A stretch of 64,000 nt of DNA, taken from assembly GCA_951406725.2 (NCBI GenBank), contig OX597816.1:98518001-98582000 (forward strand). Direction: 5' to 3'. Position numbers and translations under genes: made by a program. Of the stretch, positions 37,951 through 52,422 are shown one piece after another (position 1 is the first letter of the stretch; every line of letters starts with the position of its first letter). Below the pieces are notes generated by a model that did no database searches, was not told the DNA's origin, and saw only the letters and a list, made by a program, of their open reading frames with translations. Source of the DNA: Octopus vulgaris. Its lineage: Eukaryota.

Positions 37951-38050
37951 NNNNNNNNNNNNNNNNNNNNNNNNNNNNNNNNNNNNNNNNNNNNNNNNNN
38001 NNNNNNNNNNNNNNNNNNNNNNNNNNNNNNNNNNNNNNNNNNNNNNNNNN
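37951..38050. other. Assembly gap
   Basis: 100 N. Confidence 1.
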
Positions 38051-38920
38051 GAGAAAGGTAACAGGAAGAAAGAAGGCATGCAGATAGTCTCTTAGTGTTG
38101 TGTCAAGAATAGATGTGGAGATAGTGCATTTCTCAGCAGATGCTCGACAACCAGCATAGTGGAGATCTATGTCAATACCGGAGAAAGCATGGATAGTGCA
38201 TTAACAAGAAGTAAGAATACAACAGTAGTAGGAGGTATTATGAGGTTAGGTTGAAGGAAGAGAAGCAGAGAAGATTAGGTCATAATCTGAGAATGGTACA
38301 TCGAAGCTAGCAATGTGAGGGATAGATATATAAAGTTCAAGATTTAGAAGATACTAGCACTAATACCCGTCGTTGATAGGGTAATACTTTCAATTTTTCT
38401 CGGGAGTGGCATTCTAGTGTTATTATATATATACATTTTCTCCTCCTGTATGTGTATATCAGGTGCATTTTATCTAGTAACGCCCCCAAGCTCAAACTCT
38501 AGGTGTCCTCTTCAGATAATGCCACATAACCCGGTGATCACTCAAAATGTTGTTTGTAATTTACTTGACCCATATACCGTTGCTTTTCTAATCATAGTTT
38601 TCATCACGCCATCCAACTTAGCAACTTATTTCTTTATACATATTGGCACTAACCACTTCTTTGTATATGTATTGCTAACTCGTGAAATGTATAGACTTAT
38701 TCCTCGTCTGATTATGACCAAATATTTTCTGCTTCTGTTCTTACCTCCTACTACTAGTATATCATTACTTACTAATAAGGCTCTACCCAACTCTTTTTTC
38801 GATGATGAAATAGACCGCCACTGGCCATCGTCTGTTGAGAAATGCACCATCTCCGCATCTATTTTTAATACGATTGTAAGAGACAATCTGTACACCTTCT
38901 TTCCTGCCTACTTTCTTATC
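38051..38920. repeat. Degenerate inverted repeat (arms about 38051-38295 and 38700-38920), MITE-like
   Basis: AATAGATGTGGAGATAGTGCATTTCTCAGCAGA and GTAGTAGGAGGTA..GGTCATAATC are mirrored on the right. Confidence 0.7.
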
Positions 38921-40255
38921 GTCCAGGCTAGAATTCAACTTACGATGACCAACATTACCTATTATTTATAATTCGGACTTACCGTATAACTGTTCATGGG
39001 GAATACTTAATATCGCATAACAATTATGAATATTCCTTAACTAGCTTTTATAGAACTCTTGCAGTCCACCCTCCTTTAAAAATTCTATTCACATGCAGAA
39101 ATATATATGACATAATCTGAGATGACGTAAGTTTACCTGCTCTTAATTTTGTTCTATTAAACATGCTACTGATCAAACTAAATAATGCCAAATAGTCGAT
39201 CTGCAGTAGACAGCTATAGCAACCCTGTTTCGTTTCTTTTATTTGCAGTTCAAGTTGGAGTTTAGGCAAGAAGTCAGCCTATAGTTATAATGTATGTGAC
39301 TTTGATAATAGTAGAATAAATTCGCAAATTTGTCATCAACTTGTGATTATAGGGAAGAATATTTCTGAATACTGTTTTGCTGGAATGTTTAGAACTGTCT
39401 ATATTTCGACTGGAGATGACGTCAGTATTTCAATGGCATTATCCACTCGTAAATTTTCACGTAATAACTACTTGCACTTAATGAACTATATGTTCACTCT
39501 TATAGATTTGAAGTTAAATCAAATTATCCAATAATAGACATGTGTTATGCTAATGCTCGCAACAATGTGATGGTCTACGAGATATGACTTCAATTACGCC
39601 AGGGGGAACTCCAACAATCTAGAGAATACACGAAATGTTTTCTGTATGACTGCTTATTTGTTGGGTTTTATTATCTAAATACTTAAGTCATATGTTCATC
39701 CTTCACTGTTTATTATCTTGTGACTATTATATGAAATTATGTTCCCATGAAGTGACAGATTACGTCTCTTCGTGATAGGTTTACGTGAAATTGCAATCAA
39801 CAGAAATGGCAAGCATCAAACGATTACTCTCGCTATGTAATTATTTCCAAGTGTATATGCTTAAGGAACAAAATCCTACTTTACAGCTCTTTGTTATATC
39901 CCATCATCAAACACCACAGGATAAATTTCCATAAATCTAATTCCAGTATTTTATCATGGAAAGTACGTGATGATATTATCTATTATCGAAAGATAATAGA
40001 TAATATCAGGACTTGGTTCTCTAAATATATGCTTCAGAGTTTTCATTCTACACTTCTTATCTGAAGAGGTCTCATCTGCGTAAATGTTTTGCATTAAAAT
40101 GAAATTTGTTTGAATTTCAAGTGTATGTCTGGAATATCTTGATCGGAAAAAAGATACGCCTTCATTATGCAAATTGTGACTATCAATTAGAAAAATTTAG
40201 ACGGCTTGCATGAGCACAACTATAAAGAAGAAATTAACGATTTCGAGAGGTGTGT

Positions 40256-40302
<47 letters not shown>

Positions 40303-40673
40303 AGGAAAGAAAAGAGTGAGTGAGGAGAGATTTCAGAACATATAGAAATAAATCAGAATGTAAGAGAAAGGATGTATGAAAGAATATATTTTCTTTCACA
40401 CGTATGTAAATATTAATAGTTCCATATATATTTTGTATAGAAAATAATTCATGACATGTTTTACGTTTATTGCCGGCCAGAGCTAATTGGGCAGTCTATG
40501 GCACCTTTCCCCTTGATGGAACGACTAAATTTACTCTAATACACACGTGCCAATCATGCCGAACACAGTATGGTGGTATGTATTTTGTTGCAGTTCAGAC
40601 GTTTTAGACATTTTTTAATAATAAGTACGGATGTAGTCAGGTGGATGTAGTCAGATTGATATATTAAGGATGG

Positions 40674-40935
40674 AAGGCGCGAGCTGGCAGAAACGTTAGC
40701 ACGCTGGGCGAAATGCTTAGCGGTATTTCGTCTACCGTCACGTTCTGAGTTCAAATTCCGACGAGGTCGAGTTTGCCTTTCATCCTTTCGGGGTCGATAC
40801 ATTAAGTACCAGTTACGCACTGGGGTCGATATAATCGACTTAATGCGTATGTCTGTCCTTGTTTGTCCTCTTTGTGTTTAGCCCCTTGTGGGTAGTAAGA
40901 AATAGGTATTTCGTCTGCCGCTACGTTCTGAGTAA
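40674..40935 (+). mobile_element. Full-length tRNA-derived SINE with a Nin/Deu-like domain (octopus-type)
   Basis: A box TGGCAGAAACGTTAG, B box GTTCAAATTCC, GCCTTTCATCCTTTCGGGGTCGAT..AAGTACCAG core; several copies in the window. Confidence 0.9.
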
Positions 40936-41660
40936 CTCGCTTCTCGAATGGGCCTTGGTGCCCAAATCCCGAAATGAAGGACTTCGCCAGGTGGTGCTAT
41001 TAAGTTAGTCATGGCCTACATACATACATACATAGAGTATGTATTTCTGTCGAGTAATCGGCAGAAGTAATGTTGTGTCGTATTAGAAATAATCAACAAT
41101 CTTCTAAAAGTGTAAATGATTATGAAAGCTTTCATGACAATCGTGTTGACATATTCTAATTAGTGTTTAATGTTCACGTTAATCATTAATGAAGTTACTC
41201 ATTGCGATCAAACAATATATTTAACATACTACGATTACATTTGCTTTTAATCGTGTTTACATGAAATAACACGGTGTCATATATGTTTTAATAATATTGG
41301 TAGTGAAATGTGAGAGTAACGAACAAATTAACTCTTACGCGATTCGGTTTCGTATTTTCTGAGTTCAAATCATACTGAGATCAACGTTGCTTTTCATCCT
41401 TGCATAGCAGAAGAAAAAGCAGAGCAGTATCATTGAATCATGCAGAGGCGAATCATTAGATCACTTGGTTGAGATGTTGCATTCTTTTCTCTGGTATCCG
41501 CGTTTTAAGTTAAAAACATGTGGCTTAATTGGATCGAAGACTTGAACCGTCGATGAATACATTCCACTAGGAGCATTCTGTTCCAAGCATATGAAGCATG
41601 TCTTAGAATGACTTTCTTACTTGCTTCTCCTATTTGCTAAAATTTCGTAAATTGTCAGGT

Positions 41661-41699
<39 letters not shown>

Positions 41700-41774
41700 C
41701 AGATTCAGCCCTAAGACTTACGTATAAAATGTATGTAAGCATGTGCATGTATGAATGTGAGAGCAAGCTTTTTC

Positions 41775-41975
41775 TTATATTCTTTATTTGCTTTAGTCAC
41801 TGGAACATCATCTTAAAACGTTTATTCAAGCAAATCGACCGTAGTGTGCATATGTTTTTAAGTCTAGTACTTATAGTATCGCTTTCTTTTGCGCAAAAAG
41901 TAAGTTGGAAGGACGTAAACAACCAAGCACTGGTTGACAACTGGTGGCTGTGGGCAACTAATACAAGCACAGATA
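41775..41975 (-). mobile_element. SINE 3' half (degenerate)
   Basis: Reverse complement of the 19590-19790 family. Confidence 0.5.
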
Positions 41976-42749
41976 CTCACAGGTACTCCATTATAACTTC
42001 ATACCGAATCACACTGGCCGATTTTTGGAATCATTAAAGTAATAATCAACAAATATCTTCATCATGCAAGTCAAGTATAGCACATAGATCCTTTCACGGA
42101 ATGCATATTTACAGATCGATCACGGAATGCATATTTACTGATCAGTGTGAAAAAGAAAATAATTTCTAGCTATCTAATAGAAGATTAAGCCGTTTTCTGG
42201 ATAAGACACACATTTCGTATACTTACTTACAAGGAAACACCCTTATCTGATATCTGCTGCGAATCGTCTCGTGACCTCCATGTCGAACAGGAAGAAATAA
42301 GAAATACAAATATGGATTCTCTGTCTATAATACCAATTTTTGTTCCTAATTAAATTTGCTTCTTTTTATCTTTTAGATGTAGATATGTCATCATTTGTAT
42401 GTTGTTGTTTTTTTCTAAAAGACAAAGCGAAATATTAGAAGTATTTGCAAACCTCTCGAAACTTGACAGTATACATTTTGAACACATCAAAAATATAAAA
42501 TAAATTCCAAGATTCCAGGAATCTGCACATGGCCATTTGGACTTTTACAAATAATATACAAATATCTATAAAGTAGCCCAATCATCTGAAAAACGTTTTG
42601 AATGAGCTGGCCCTAACCCAAAACTTGAAAGCATTATCATCGCCGTCGTCGTAGTCGATGTCATCATCATCATCGTCGTCGTCGTCGTCGTTGTTGTTGA
42701 TATTTCTTTTTATCATAGGTTTTATTTTAAATGTTGAAGTCTTGCATGC

Positions 42750-42970
42750 GTAGCGGGTTTACTGCTTGCAGCCTACGATACCATGCTATCTGTTCTTTTC
42801 AGCTATCTAATACTTTCCTCATTATTCTGGCAGTGCCATGGAGGAAAAAGCTTTTGTAAGAGTTCTACTGTGCACACTATTAAGTTGCAATTATATTCCT
42901 CTTGACGCCTTCTGATACTATTCACAAGAACCCAACAATAAGTGGCACTATCTTCACCACTTCATTTTCA
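42750..42970 (-). pseudogene. R4/Dong-like 3' fragment
   Basis: KIVPLIVG....GTARIMRKVL C-terminal motif. Confidence 0.6.
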
Positions 42971-43189
42971 ATAGCCGGGCTATTTCGTACATAAGAAGGT
43001 TGTATTTATCTATTTTTTCGCCTTCAACCTTGACTTTTCCTGGGTCAAAGGGGAACGTATTTTCAACTATAAAGCACATATAGAACATCTCGAGCGCCAC
43101 TAGGCCAGGTCTCTTATTCTCTGGCACCTTATTTGTTAGGAGTGGGAAATCCGGGAAGATTTTGCTAGTCTCCGACTCCGACACTCTCT

Positions 43190-45692
43190 GCTATTTCAAT
43201 TCTTTCTGCAGACATTTCTTGGTGCCGACTTTTGCAATGCATCTAGATTGTAGGGTATTTCTAAGGTTTTCAGATGTTTATTTGTTCAGATTGGGTGGCA
43301 TTCGATCCAATGCTCCGATAACAATAGGGATAAACTTTATGTTTAACTCTTGTAGCTGCCACATCTTAGCCATCACAATTTTCAGGTTTCCATATTCATC
43401 AATCTTGTCTCTTTCATGTTATGTTGATCTCGTGGTACTGCCACGTCAATTATTAGGCACACTTGTTTGTCACTACTAAAGGTTACTATATTCGGCCTTC
43501 GGTGCTTTAACTTTCATCTGTCTGAAAATCAAAGTCCCAGAGGATTTCTGCCTTTCCCTTTTCGTCTATAACTTATTCCAGCATATATTTGTACCAAGTA
43601 CCCGTAACATCATATCAGTACTTACGGCATAGTGGCCAGTGGAGGTTTTGGGCTACTTTGTAGTGTCTACGCTTGCACACTTTCTGCGCAAGTCTTTCAC
43701 AAGTTCTAAAAATATGAGTCACACTTTCGACCCTCTTCCCTCACATTCTGCAGAGATCCGTTGCACTTGTGTGGTATATATTCGTTTTCACTGACTTGGT
43801 AAACGTTTTCTATATGCTGTCAATTCCGCCCTCCACTTCACAATACCTTTCCCTAGCAATCGTTCAACATTCGATGCAGTACCAAGTAGGTTCATACACT
43901 CCATAATCCAAGAATTTGGGATTATATCGTACGCCTTATGATAGTCCATCCATGACATGGCTAAGTTAAGTTTACCTCCTCTTGCAGTCTCTAAATACAG
44001 TTTTGTCTACCAGGAGTTGATCCTTGATACCTCTGCAATTAGGCTTATAACCCTTCTGTTCATGTGGCATGATTCCATTTTCCCCCAGATGTCCGTACAT
44101 TGACTCTACGACTATTCCAGTCAATAATTTCCACATAATTATTATGCAGGATATTGGCCTTTAATTGTCTACCGTATTGCCTTTCTCGATGCTTTTCAAG
44201 CACAAAATCAACTTACCCATTGGCAACCAATCTGGTCGGAATTTACTTGATCGGCATTTAAGAAGCTGTTGAGTCGTACAGCTATTCGTGCATGACATTC
44301 AGCAAATATTTTGGCCCAGTAGCACTGAACTCTATCTGGTCCCGTGGACTGCCAGTTGTCAATTTCTTTGCTGACTTCCTTCACTTCCCTAAGTAAAATT
44401 ATTAGCCCTATCTGTTTTGGACATACTACTGTTTGTTTCAGTTCTTGCAACCTTCAGCATCCTTCTTGCGCTCATTGTCTTTACTCCAGATGCCACTCCA
44501 AGACCTTTGACTTTCAATGTTATCTGCTATGAACTTTTTATCTGTACACTCCCCGTTTATATCTGGGTAGAATCTCTTCTGATTTACTCTGAATAACCTA
44601 TTCTGCTGGCATCCCTTCATTCTTTGGTCGTATCTTACCATTTTTGCTTTCATTGCAACGAGGTTCTGTTTCAGTTCTTCTATAACCAATTTCATGCCCT
44701 TTCTTTCAATATTATACTTCCTGTTCAGTGCCCTGTATTTTTGTCGGATTTGAAGCTCTCTCTTCTCTTGTCGATCTAACACAGAAGTATCCTTCGAGGG
44801 AATATCTAACCCCGCCTGTATTCTTCTTTCCACCATGGATCTTTTATTTCGTCACTCCCAATATATTTCTTTTTCTTGATATCAACACCCACGTTTTCTG
44901 CTAGAACAATACTTGCTGTCTTGATCAAATTATTTGTTTCTTATTTCTTTTTGGCCCACAAGGGGCTAAACATAGAAGGGAACTCAGAACATAACGGCAG
45001 ACGAAATACCACAAGGGGCTAAACACAGAGACAAACAAGGACAGACAAACGGATTAAGTCGATTACATCGACCCCAGTGCGTAACTGGTACTTAATTTAT
45101 CGACCCCTAAAGGATGAAAGGCAAAATCGACCTCGGCGGAATTTGAACTCAGAACGTAACGGCAGACGAAATACGGCAACACATTTCACCCGGCGTGCTA
45201 ACGTTTCAGCCAGCTCATCACCTTGATCAAATTATTGGCTCTGTAATGTTGTTTGTTCAGATATATTTTAGAATTTCATTCACATTTTTCGTTTCTTGGT
45301 TCAATTTCCACCGCTCAACCTTCCTAAGGTTGCAAATAATGTCAATATCGTTCTCCTGTAGCCTAGCCTGTGTTCTGTCTTAGATTGCCTTTTGCTCATC
45401 CGTCATGTTACCATTGTCTTCTTCTAAACCATCTCTATGCCTCTCATCGAGCAAGCTATCACTGTTCCTTTCCAGTGGTTTATTAGAGATTTCACCTCCG
45501 TTTTCTGCTATTAGATTACTTTTATCAGTAGGAACTGTATTTTCATTTTCTCCTATGCTGCTGCTTTCCAATACCCGTCTTTTGTTAGCTTCGAGCTCTA
45601 ATTCTATGAACCAGTGATTTTTTCTTATTGCTCTTGCTTGATCACATAATCTCTGTTCCGTGAGTTGAAACAATCCTCTTTCTCTCCATTGA
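43190..45692 (-). mobile_element. Decayed R4/Dong-like LINE (5' part is the same family as 9950-12290), interrupted by a SINE
   Basis: [21 protein letters not shown]; GPDRVQCYW; RPISC..EQKG..DQLL..WMDYHKAYD; CCHC remnant and ILWDF REL remnant. Confidence 0.85.
44941..45224 (-). mobile_element. tRNA-derived SINE inserted in the LINE, with target-site duplication
   Basis: TSD CTTGATCAAATTATT at 44920-44934 and 45222-45236; the SINE 3' part is internally duplicated. Confidence 0.9.
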
Positions 45693-45880
45693 GAGTCTGT
45701 TAGTTTTATTCAAACCCGAAACAATTCCTCTCAACATGTTTAGGATGGTCCCCCACTACTTCTGCTTGTGATCAGAGATGCGCATATCGTCATTCAGAAA
45801 GGGATATGCTTAACTGGTTGAGGTGAAACAAATGACAAGCAAATATGTGGTATTGATCAGTATATTTGCTTATCATTATT

Positions 45881-45955
45881 ACCCTCCAGCCTTCTTCAGG
45901 AATCTTGAGGAAATTTCGAATCTGGGTTCTCATTTCTAAGGTATTTTTCGATGTT
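45881..45955 (-). mobile_element. Third, truncated copy of the ~140-bp hammerhead module
   Basis: ..CAAGATTC-CTGAAGA-AGGCTGGAGGGT; truncated before GAAA. Confidence 0.7.
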
Positions 45956-45999
45956 ATTATTATTATTATGATTACTATTATTGTTGTTGTTGTTGTTGC

Positions 46000-46619
<620 letters not shown>

Positions 46620-46664
46620 GTTGTTGTTGTTGTTGTTGTTATTATTATTATTATTATTTTTATA

Positions 46665-46711
<47 letters not shown>

Positions 46712-46754
46712 CATCATCATCATCATCATCATTATTATTATTATTATTATTTGA

Positions 46755-47070
46755 TGAAAACCCTCAGCTTAATTTGCTAGGTGTGATGGAATATATCAGC
46801 TGTCCACAGCCAGCAGACTAAGATGACACTTGTTAATTGTCCACGCTTCAAGAACTCAGTGAAGTATTCTGACAGTTCAAAGTATGCTGGTTCTTGTAGA
46901 TATTCTAGATGTACTTTTGTACCAATCTTCTTGAGCCATGTTGGTAGTTGAGTGCTGATACTCCCAAGAGCGCCAATTACTATTGGTAATACGTCTACTC
47001 TCCTCAGTGACCACAAACTTCGTATCTCCCACTTCAAATCGACATAGTTGCTAAGTTTTCTTTATTTTAA
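46755..47070 (-). mobile_element. R4/Dong-like 3' end (another subfamily)
   Basis: YVDLKWEIRSLWSLRRVDVLPIVIGALGSI. Confidence 0.75.
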
Positions 47071-47289
47071 TTGCTTGTAGCTCCAATTCTGACAACCATT
47101 CTTTCTTATTACTCCTGCTTGGTCACATATCTGCGCAGTAATTTCAAACAGATTAATTGCCTTCCGTTCTCTGTGTATTCATGTTCTGTACCTTCTGACT
47201 GGCACGCCAGTTGCATCCACCGGGTTACTATGTTAGTAATACTCTATAACCATCATCTTTACCTATTTACTCCACGTGTTCTGAAGTAG

Positions 47290-48000
47290 GTATTTCTGTA
47301 GTCCTATGGTTGTTATTTTGTAATATTTTTCTAACTATATAAGGCCTCTAACACCTTCGATACGTTTTATATATAGCATTTCTACATCCTAAATCTTGTC
47401 ATTATTTTTCTTGTTTTCCTGTCTATTTTGATTAGTTCAGTTAGAGTCCACTTAAGAATATTGTAGCTGTAACTTATAACTGGGACAGCTAGAGTGTTGA
47501 TGCCTATTATCTTGATTTTCACATTGAGTTCTGTTTACAGCATTAATCTAACACGTCTATAGTATTCTTTTCTAATCTTCTGTTTCATATGTGTGTGTTG
47601 TATCGTGTCTAGTTCATTGATTCCTGAGTATTTGTATGTCTGGCTTTGATGTATTTCACCTATTCCACTTGCTTCATTTAGTGTGATGTTGCTACACGTA
47701 AATGGTTTTTCTCATTTAAAGGTTGCTTTGACACACTTTTCTCAGTCAAATGTCATGTTTATTTATTATTTTGTTTTAGTAAATAGATGTACTGTCTGTA
47801 GTAATATTTCCAGCTGTTTAAAATTTGTAGCGTACAGTTTAGATTAACAATACATAAGAGGTGGCTGATTGTTTTGCTGTAACGTTTGCATCCATATCCA
47901 GTTCTATTTAGCATGTCAGACAAAGGTGTCAATGCCTAGCAGAACAGTAGTGGAGAGAGTGTGTCTTCCTAGAATATACCTCTACTAATGGGGAGTCCCT
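47290..48000 (-). pseudogene. R4/Dong-like RT fragment
   Basis: RGIF*EDTLSPLLFC..LTPLS..ISHLL..LKLYA, YKYLG, INTLAVPVISYSY. Confidence 0.75.
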
Positions 48001-48060
48001 CTTTTGCCTGGAGCTGTAGCACTGTCTGCTTTTAATTCATGGAATGTTTTATTTATTTTA

Positions 48061-48135
<75 letters not shown>

Positions 48136-48139
48136 TTTT

Positions 48140-48512
48140 TTTCTTCTTTCAAATTTGCTTCCATTTCTTGCCGAGTGTCTTCCCGACTCCTAGGGCAAAG
48201 AAAATCATAGTATACATTGGTAGGCCATTAAACCAAACTCAGTTGTTCGTTAATTTTTTTAATTTTTTTTTAAGTTAAATTAAAATACATGAGCAGCAAC
48301 AGTTCTCACATCGACAATGCTCTTCTCAATACGTGTGATGTACCAGTTAAGACAATCTTTTGCACTTCTTGCAGGGATGGTAAGTCAGCGATCATTCTCA
48401 TATAATTTTCGGTTCCCTTCTTGATCATTCCTAGTGCTCCTACGATCACTGGTATTGTAACCGCCTTGAGATGCCACATTTTCTCAATTTCAATGAGTAG
48501 GTCTTTATATTT
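48140..48512 (-). mobile_element. R4/Dong-like 3' end + UTR between (TTA)n tracts
   Basis: KYKDLLIEIEKMWHLKAVTIPVIVGALGMIKKG..GTSHVLRRAL. Confidence 0.8.
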
Positions 48513-48516
48513 TCTT

Positions 48517-48617
<101 letters not shown>

Positions 48618-48790
48618 TAAGGTAGCCAGCTAATAACATTGTTAACATATTGGACAGAATGCTTATCACTATTTCATCCATATTTACGTTCTCAGTTCGG
48701 GGTCGAAAAATTAAGTACCAGTTGAGCACCGACTTTGTTGTAATCGCCTTATCCTTCTCCAGGCCGTGTGCCTCAATTATAAAGGATTGT
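48618..48790 (+). mobile_element. Degenerate SINE copy
   Basis: TTCGGGGTCGAAAAATTAAGTACCAGTTGAGCAC core. Similarly decayed copies lie at about 15400-15540, 41330-41410, 50605-50760 and 58290-58420. Confidence 0.6.
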
Positions 48791-50056
48791 TATTATTGTA
48801 GATATTGCTTTTTCTGTGGTTATGCCGCCAGTTTTACTGGAAAAAATTATTACTGTACAATATGTTAGAGAAATAATGAACGTCGTTGAATAAATAATAC
48901 TGGTAACTTACTCTGCAATAATTGAATATTTCATCGCTATGACTACATTTTCCGCATATGAGCAGGTCATATGGATTCCACAAGGGAATATTTGTCTTGG
49001 ATTCACAACAAAGCAACTGCATACTCCACGTATCGGGTAAATATAACCACGCAAGCAACAATATTTTTATTAGAATTGGTAACAAAATACCCCTCACAAT
49101 TGATTTTCATATAGTAAAATCAGAAAAGGTATTGTTTATCTTAACTGCAAGTACTGACTGGATGATACGTCTGAAATGCATTTGATCATAGTACACCTAA
49201 CTCGAGGTAAAATAAATGAGTTGATTTAAGATATTTACGTTCATTTATTTTAGAGATGGACAATCTGGTCAAGATTGTTCAATGCAACGTAACAATGTTT
49301 GCGGATCAATGTAACCTCGCTAGACTTTTCTAGATATTGGCAGCTTCTGAAATCTTCATTGAAATCTGACTTGATTAAAATGATCAAAAAGATCAGGAAC
49401 AATACTGAATGACAGAGAATTAAACGCCGTAATGACATAACATAGACGCAACAGAGATAGAATATATATATATATATAAGCTCATATGGCCAAAGTTGAA
49501 CATACGACAGTTTAACATAATAGCAATGATATATATATATATATATATATCGATAGGTAGATATATAACGATGTAATAGAGCAAAAATATAAGTGTACAT
49601 GCTGCAAAGTTAATCAACAATACAATCAAGAAAACGTTTTATATGAAAGCATATATTCTTTAGGAAAAATTATTTTTTCCGTCGTATATATCAAAATGCT
49701 TTCCTAATTTCATCATCAGACACACACCGGCACTTCGTAGAATGTGTATTTATCAATAAATAATAGAAATTTGTTTGGCAGGCAGAAGTAATTCCCATAT
49801 CGTTTCTCGAAATAACATGCAAGCATAAATTTACTGTTGGGAAATATTTCATCATGTCAGGAATATTCATCTGTAGATTATTTTTTTAGTTGCCTAGTGA
49901 AATTTCTCAGGAATTTGATTTGGCTTCATTGTCGGTTTTAGTGAATTTGTTTTTCTTCTACATTATGTCTCAGTCATACCGAAATTATATTGATGTACAC
50001 TTTGACAAAATAAGTTTAATTTTGGCTTTAATAGAATATAAAATAAAGCTCATGAA

Positions 50057-50161
<105 letters not shown>

Positions 50162-51473
50162 ATATGTGGGCACAGGACGTCTCGATACATGTACAACAAA
50201 AAATACGAAGTAGCAGTACATGGATTCTGAACTATGTTTTCAAACGACGAAAGACACAAATGGAAAACAATACAATCAACACAAAGAAGACACTTCATCA
50301 GTTGTTGTATAAAAATCATTCAGTCATAGGCAATATGAGGTCAAGAAGAAAAATGGGTTAAACTTTGTATATTTCGAAAAGCAAAGTAGATTGTCAGAAA
50401 TGAGTAGCGTCCTACTAATTAACGTGCTTCATTTGGGTACTTCTAAAATTGAAGCAATGGTCCATTTTTCTATGTTATCCAACCGAATTCAGAAAATGAT
50501 ATTCACCAATATACATGTAATTGGGGCAAGTTTTAAGAAATTATTATTTATCACGAAGACGGCGAACAGGCAGAATCATAAGCACGTCAAGAAAAATGCT
50601 TAGCCTTATAATAAGCGACTGTGCGTTCTGCGTTCAATTTCCGCCGATGACGACTTTGCTTTTGACCATTTAGGGACGCTAAAAAATAGCATTACGAGCA
50701 GAGTTCGATGTAGCTGACGAGCCGTTTCCATCAAACTTTCATGCCTTATATGAATAGTAAAAAGCAAATAATTAGAAAACTCAAATCAAATTTATAGAAT
50801 TTCTACAACCTCTACTGGATTAATCGTTACTGATGCAGAGCTTCAGCAGTTTCTCTGGTACTGATATTGGTAACATACAGCCTTTCAAAATATACAATCT
50901 GATTTCTAGGGTTAAATGTTCAAAGCTGAGTGCAATTGGGAGTTAGACCTCACGATAAAATGTGTTGAAGGATAGTTAATCCAGTAACTTTTCAAAATAT
51001 GTGACGTGATTAAATTATTGCCTTTTGTTGTGGTTAGTCAAACACACAGGGTATCTGTGTGAGAGGATTTACATGTTACAGGTGGTTAGGAATTTGAAAA
51101 AAAATGTTCTTTTCTGCAGATCTATTTACTCTGATGACTATATTGCGTAATTAATCTGAAAAATGTATTTATATTAGTTACATATCTCCTGCCTGAATAT
51201 ATCAGCTGCTCCACTACGTTTCAAGTGACACTGACTAACATACTTAATTCCGCCTATTCATTTCCACATACGTTGTGCACATATCCGTATATATGCATGC
51301 ATGTAAAAAATATATTCACATATCTGTGCAAATGTATGTATGAATGTGCGGCACTGTTGTTAAACAGAATGTATAAACATATATTCTCCAGTGCACTGAT
51401 ATTCTTGTATTTGTTTCTAAGGGATTTGGATTTGAGTTAATACGTGTGTAATACGTGAATATGTCAGTGCTTG

Positions 51474-51522
<49 letters not shown>

Positions 51523-52383
51523 AAGGGACATGCATCGAAGTTGCTATAGCGCTATATTGTGTAGGAGTCATCTTCTACACGTCAACAACAGCAATATACG
51601 TAAATGTAATTATATTATAAATCATCTTAATGATGATGATCTACAAAATTTCGTTAAGTATGCAAAAATCATCTTTTAAAGCAATCTTTTTATTCATTAG
51701 TTGTCAAGTAAAATATGTGAGAGATGGGTATGGGGCATGAAATAAACAAAGCGATAAGCATCAATAAACAAATAGAAAAGACAACAGATAAAAAAATGCA
51801 TTAAAACAATGTTATAAAGAAGTGTGGTAGAGCTTAGAATATCAGAGGTAAACTCTATTCTCGTACTGCTGTTATTTTGTCGCACAATTGTCAAATAGAC
51901 AAATTCGCAGTCATTTGAAAAAAATATTTACAAACTGACATCGCCATGATGATGTCCAATTACAGTTAATGGAATGGCATGCTAATTAGGTTCTTTTTAT
52001 GTGAATTATATTCCTTTACGAACAGCAGAACTAATGTCACCATTACCCTGCTAATTATTGGGTTTTCTTGTTTATCTAAGCGTTATTCCTGTGTTACATG
52101 TATGAGTTTGTGTTTGCGTGTGCGCACATTTGTATTTATACCATATATACATATATGTATGTATGTATGTGTTTATGGTGTGTATGCACGTCTGTGTAAA
52201 TATGCTTATTATTTTTACATGTATAAAATATTTTTGTTTAATATTCAATATCAGCTTCACTTCCTGTAGAAACACAATTATGCAAGATGAAAATATACAA
52301 ATGCTCACAGAACGGAGAGACACAGTTAGACACGTATACATAAATATATACACTTATGTATGTATGTATATATACATATGTAA

Positions 52384-52422
<39 letters not shown>

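Noticed and set aside
40674-40760. tRNA gene
   Set aside because: The A/B boxes belong to a multi-copy SINE head, and there is no complete cloverleaf.
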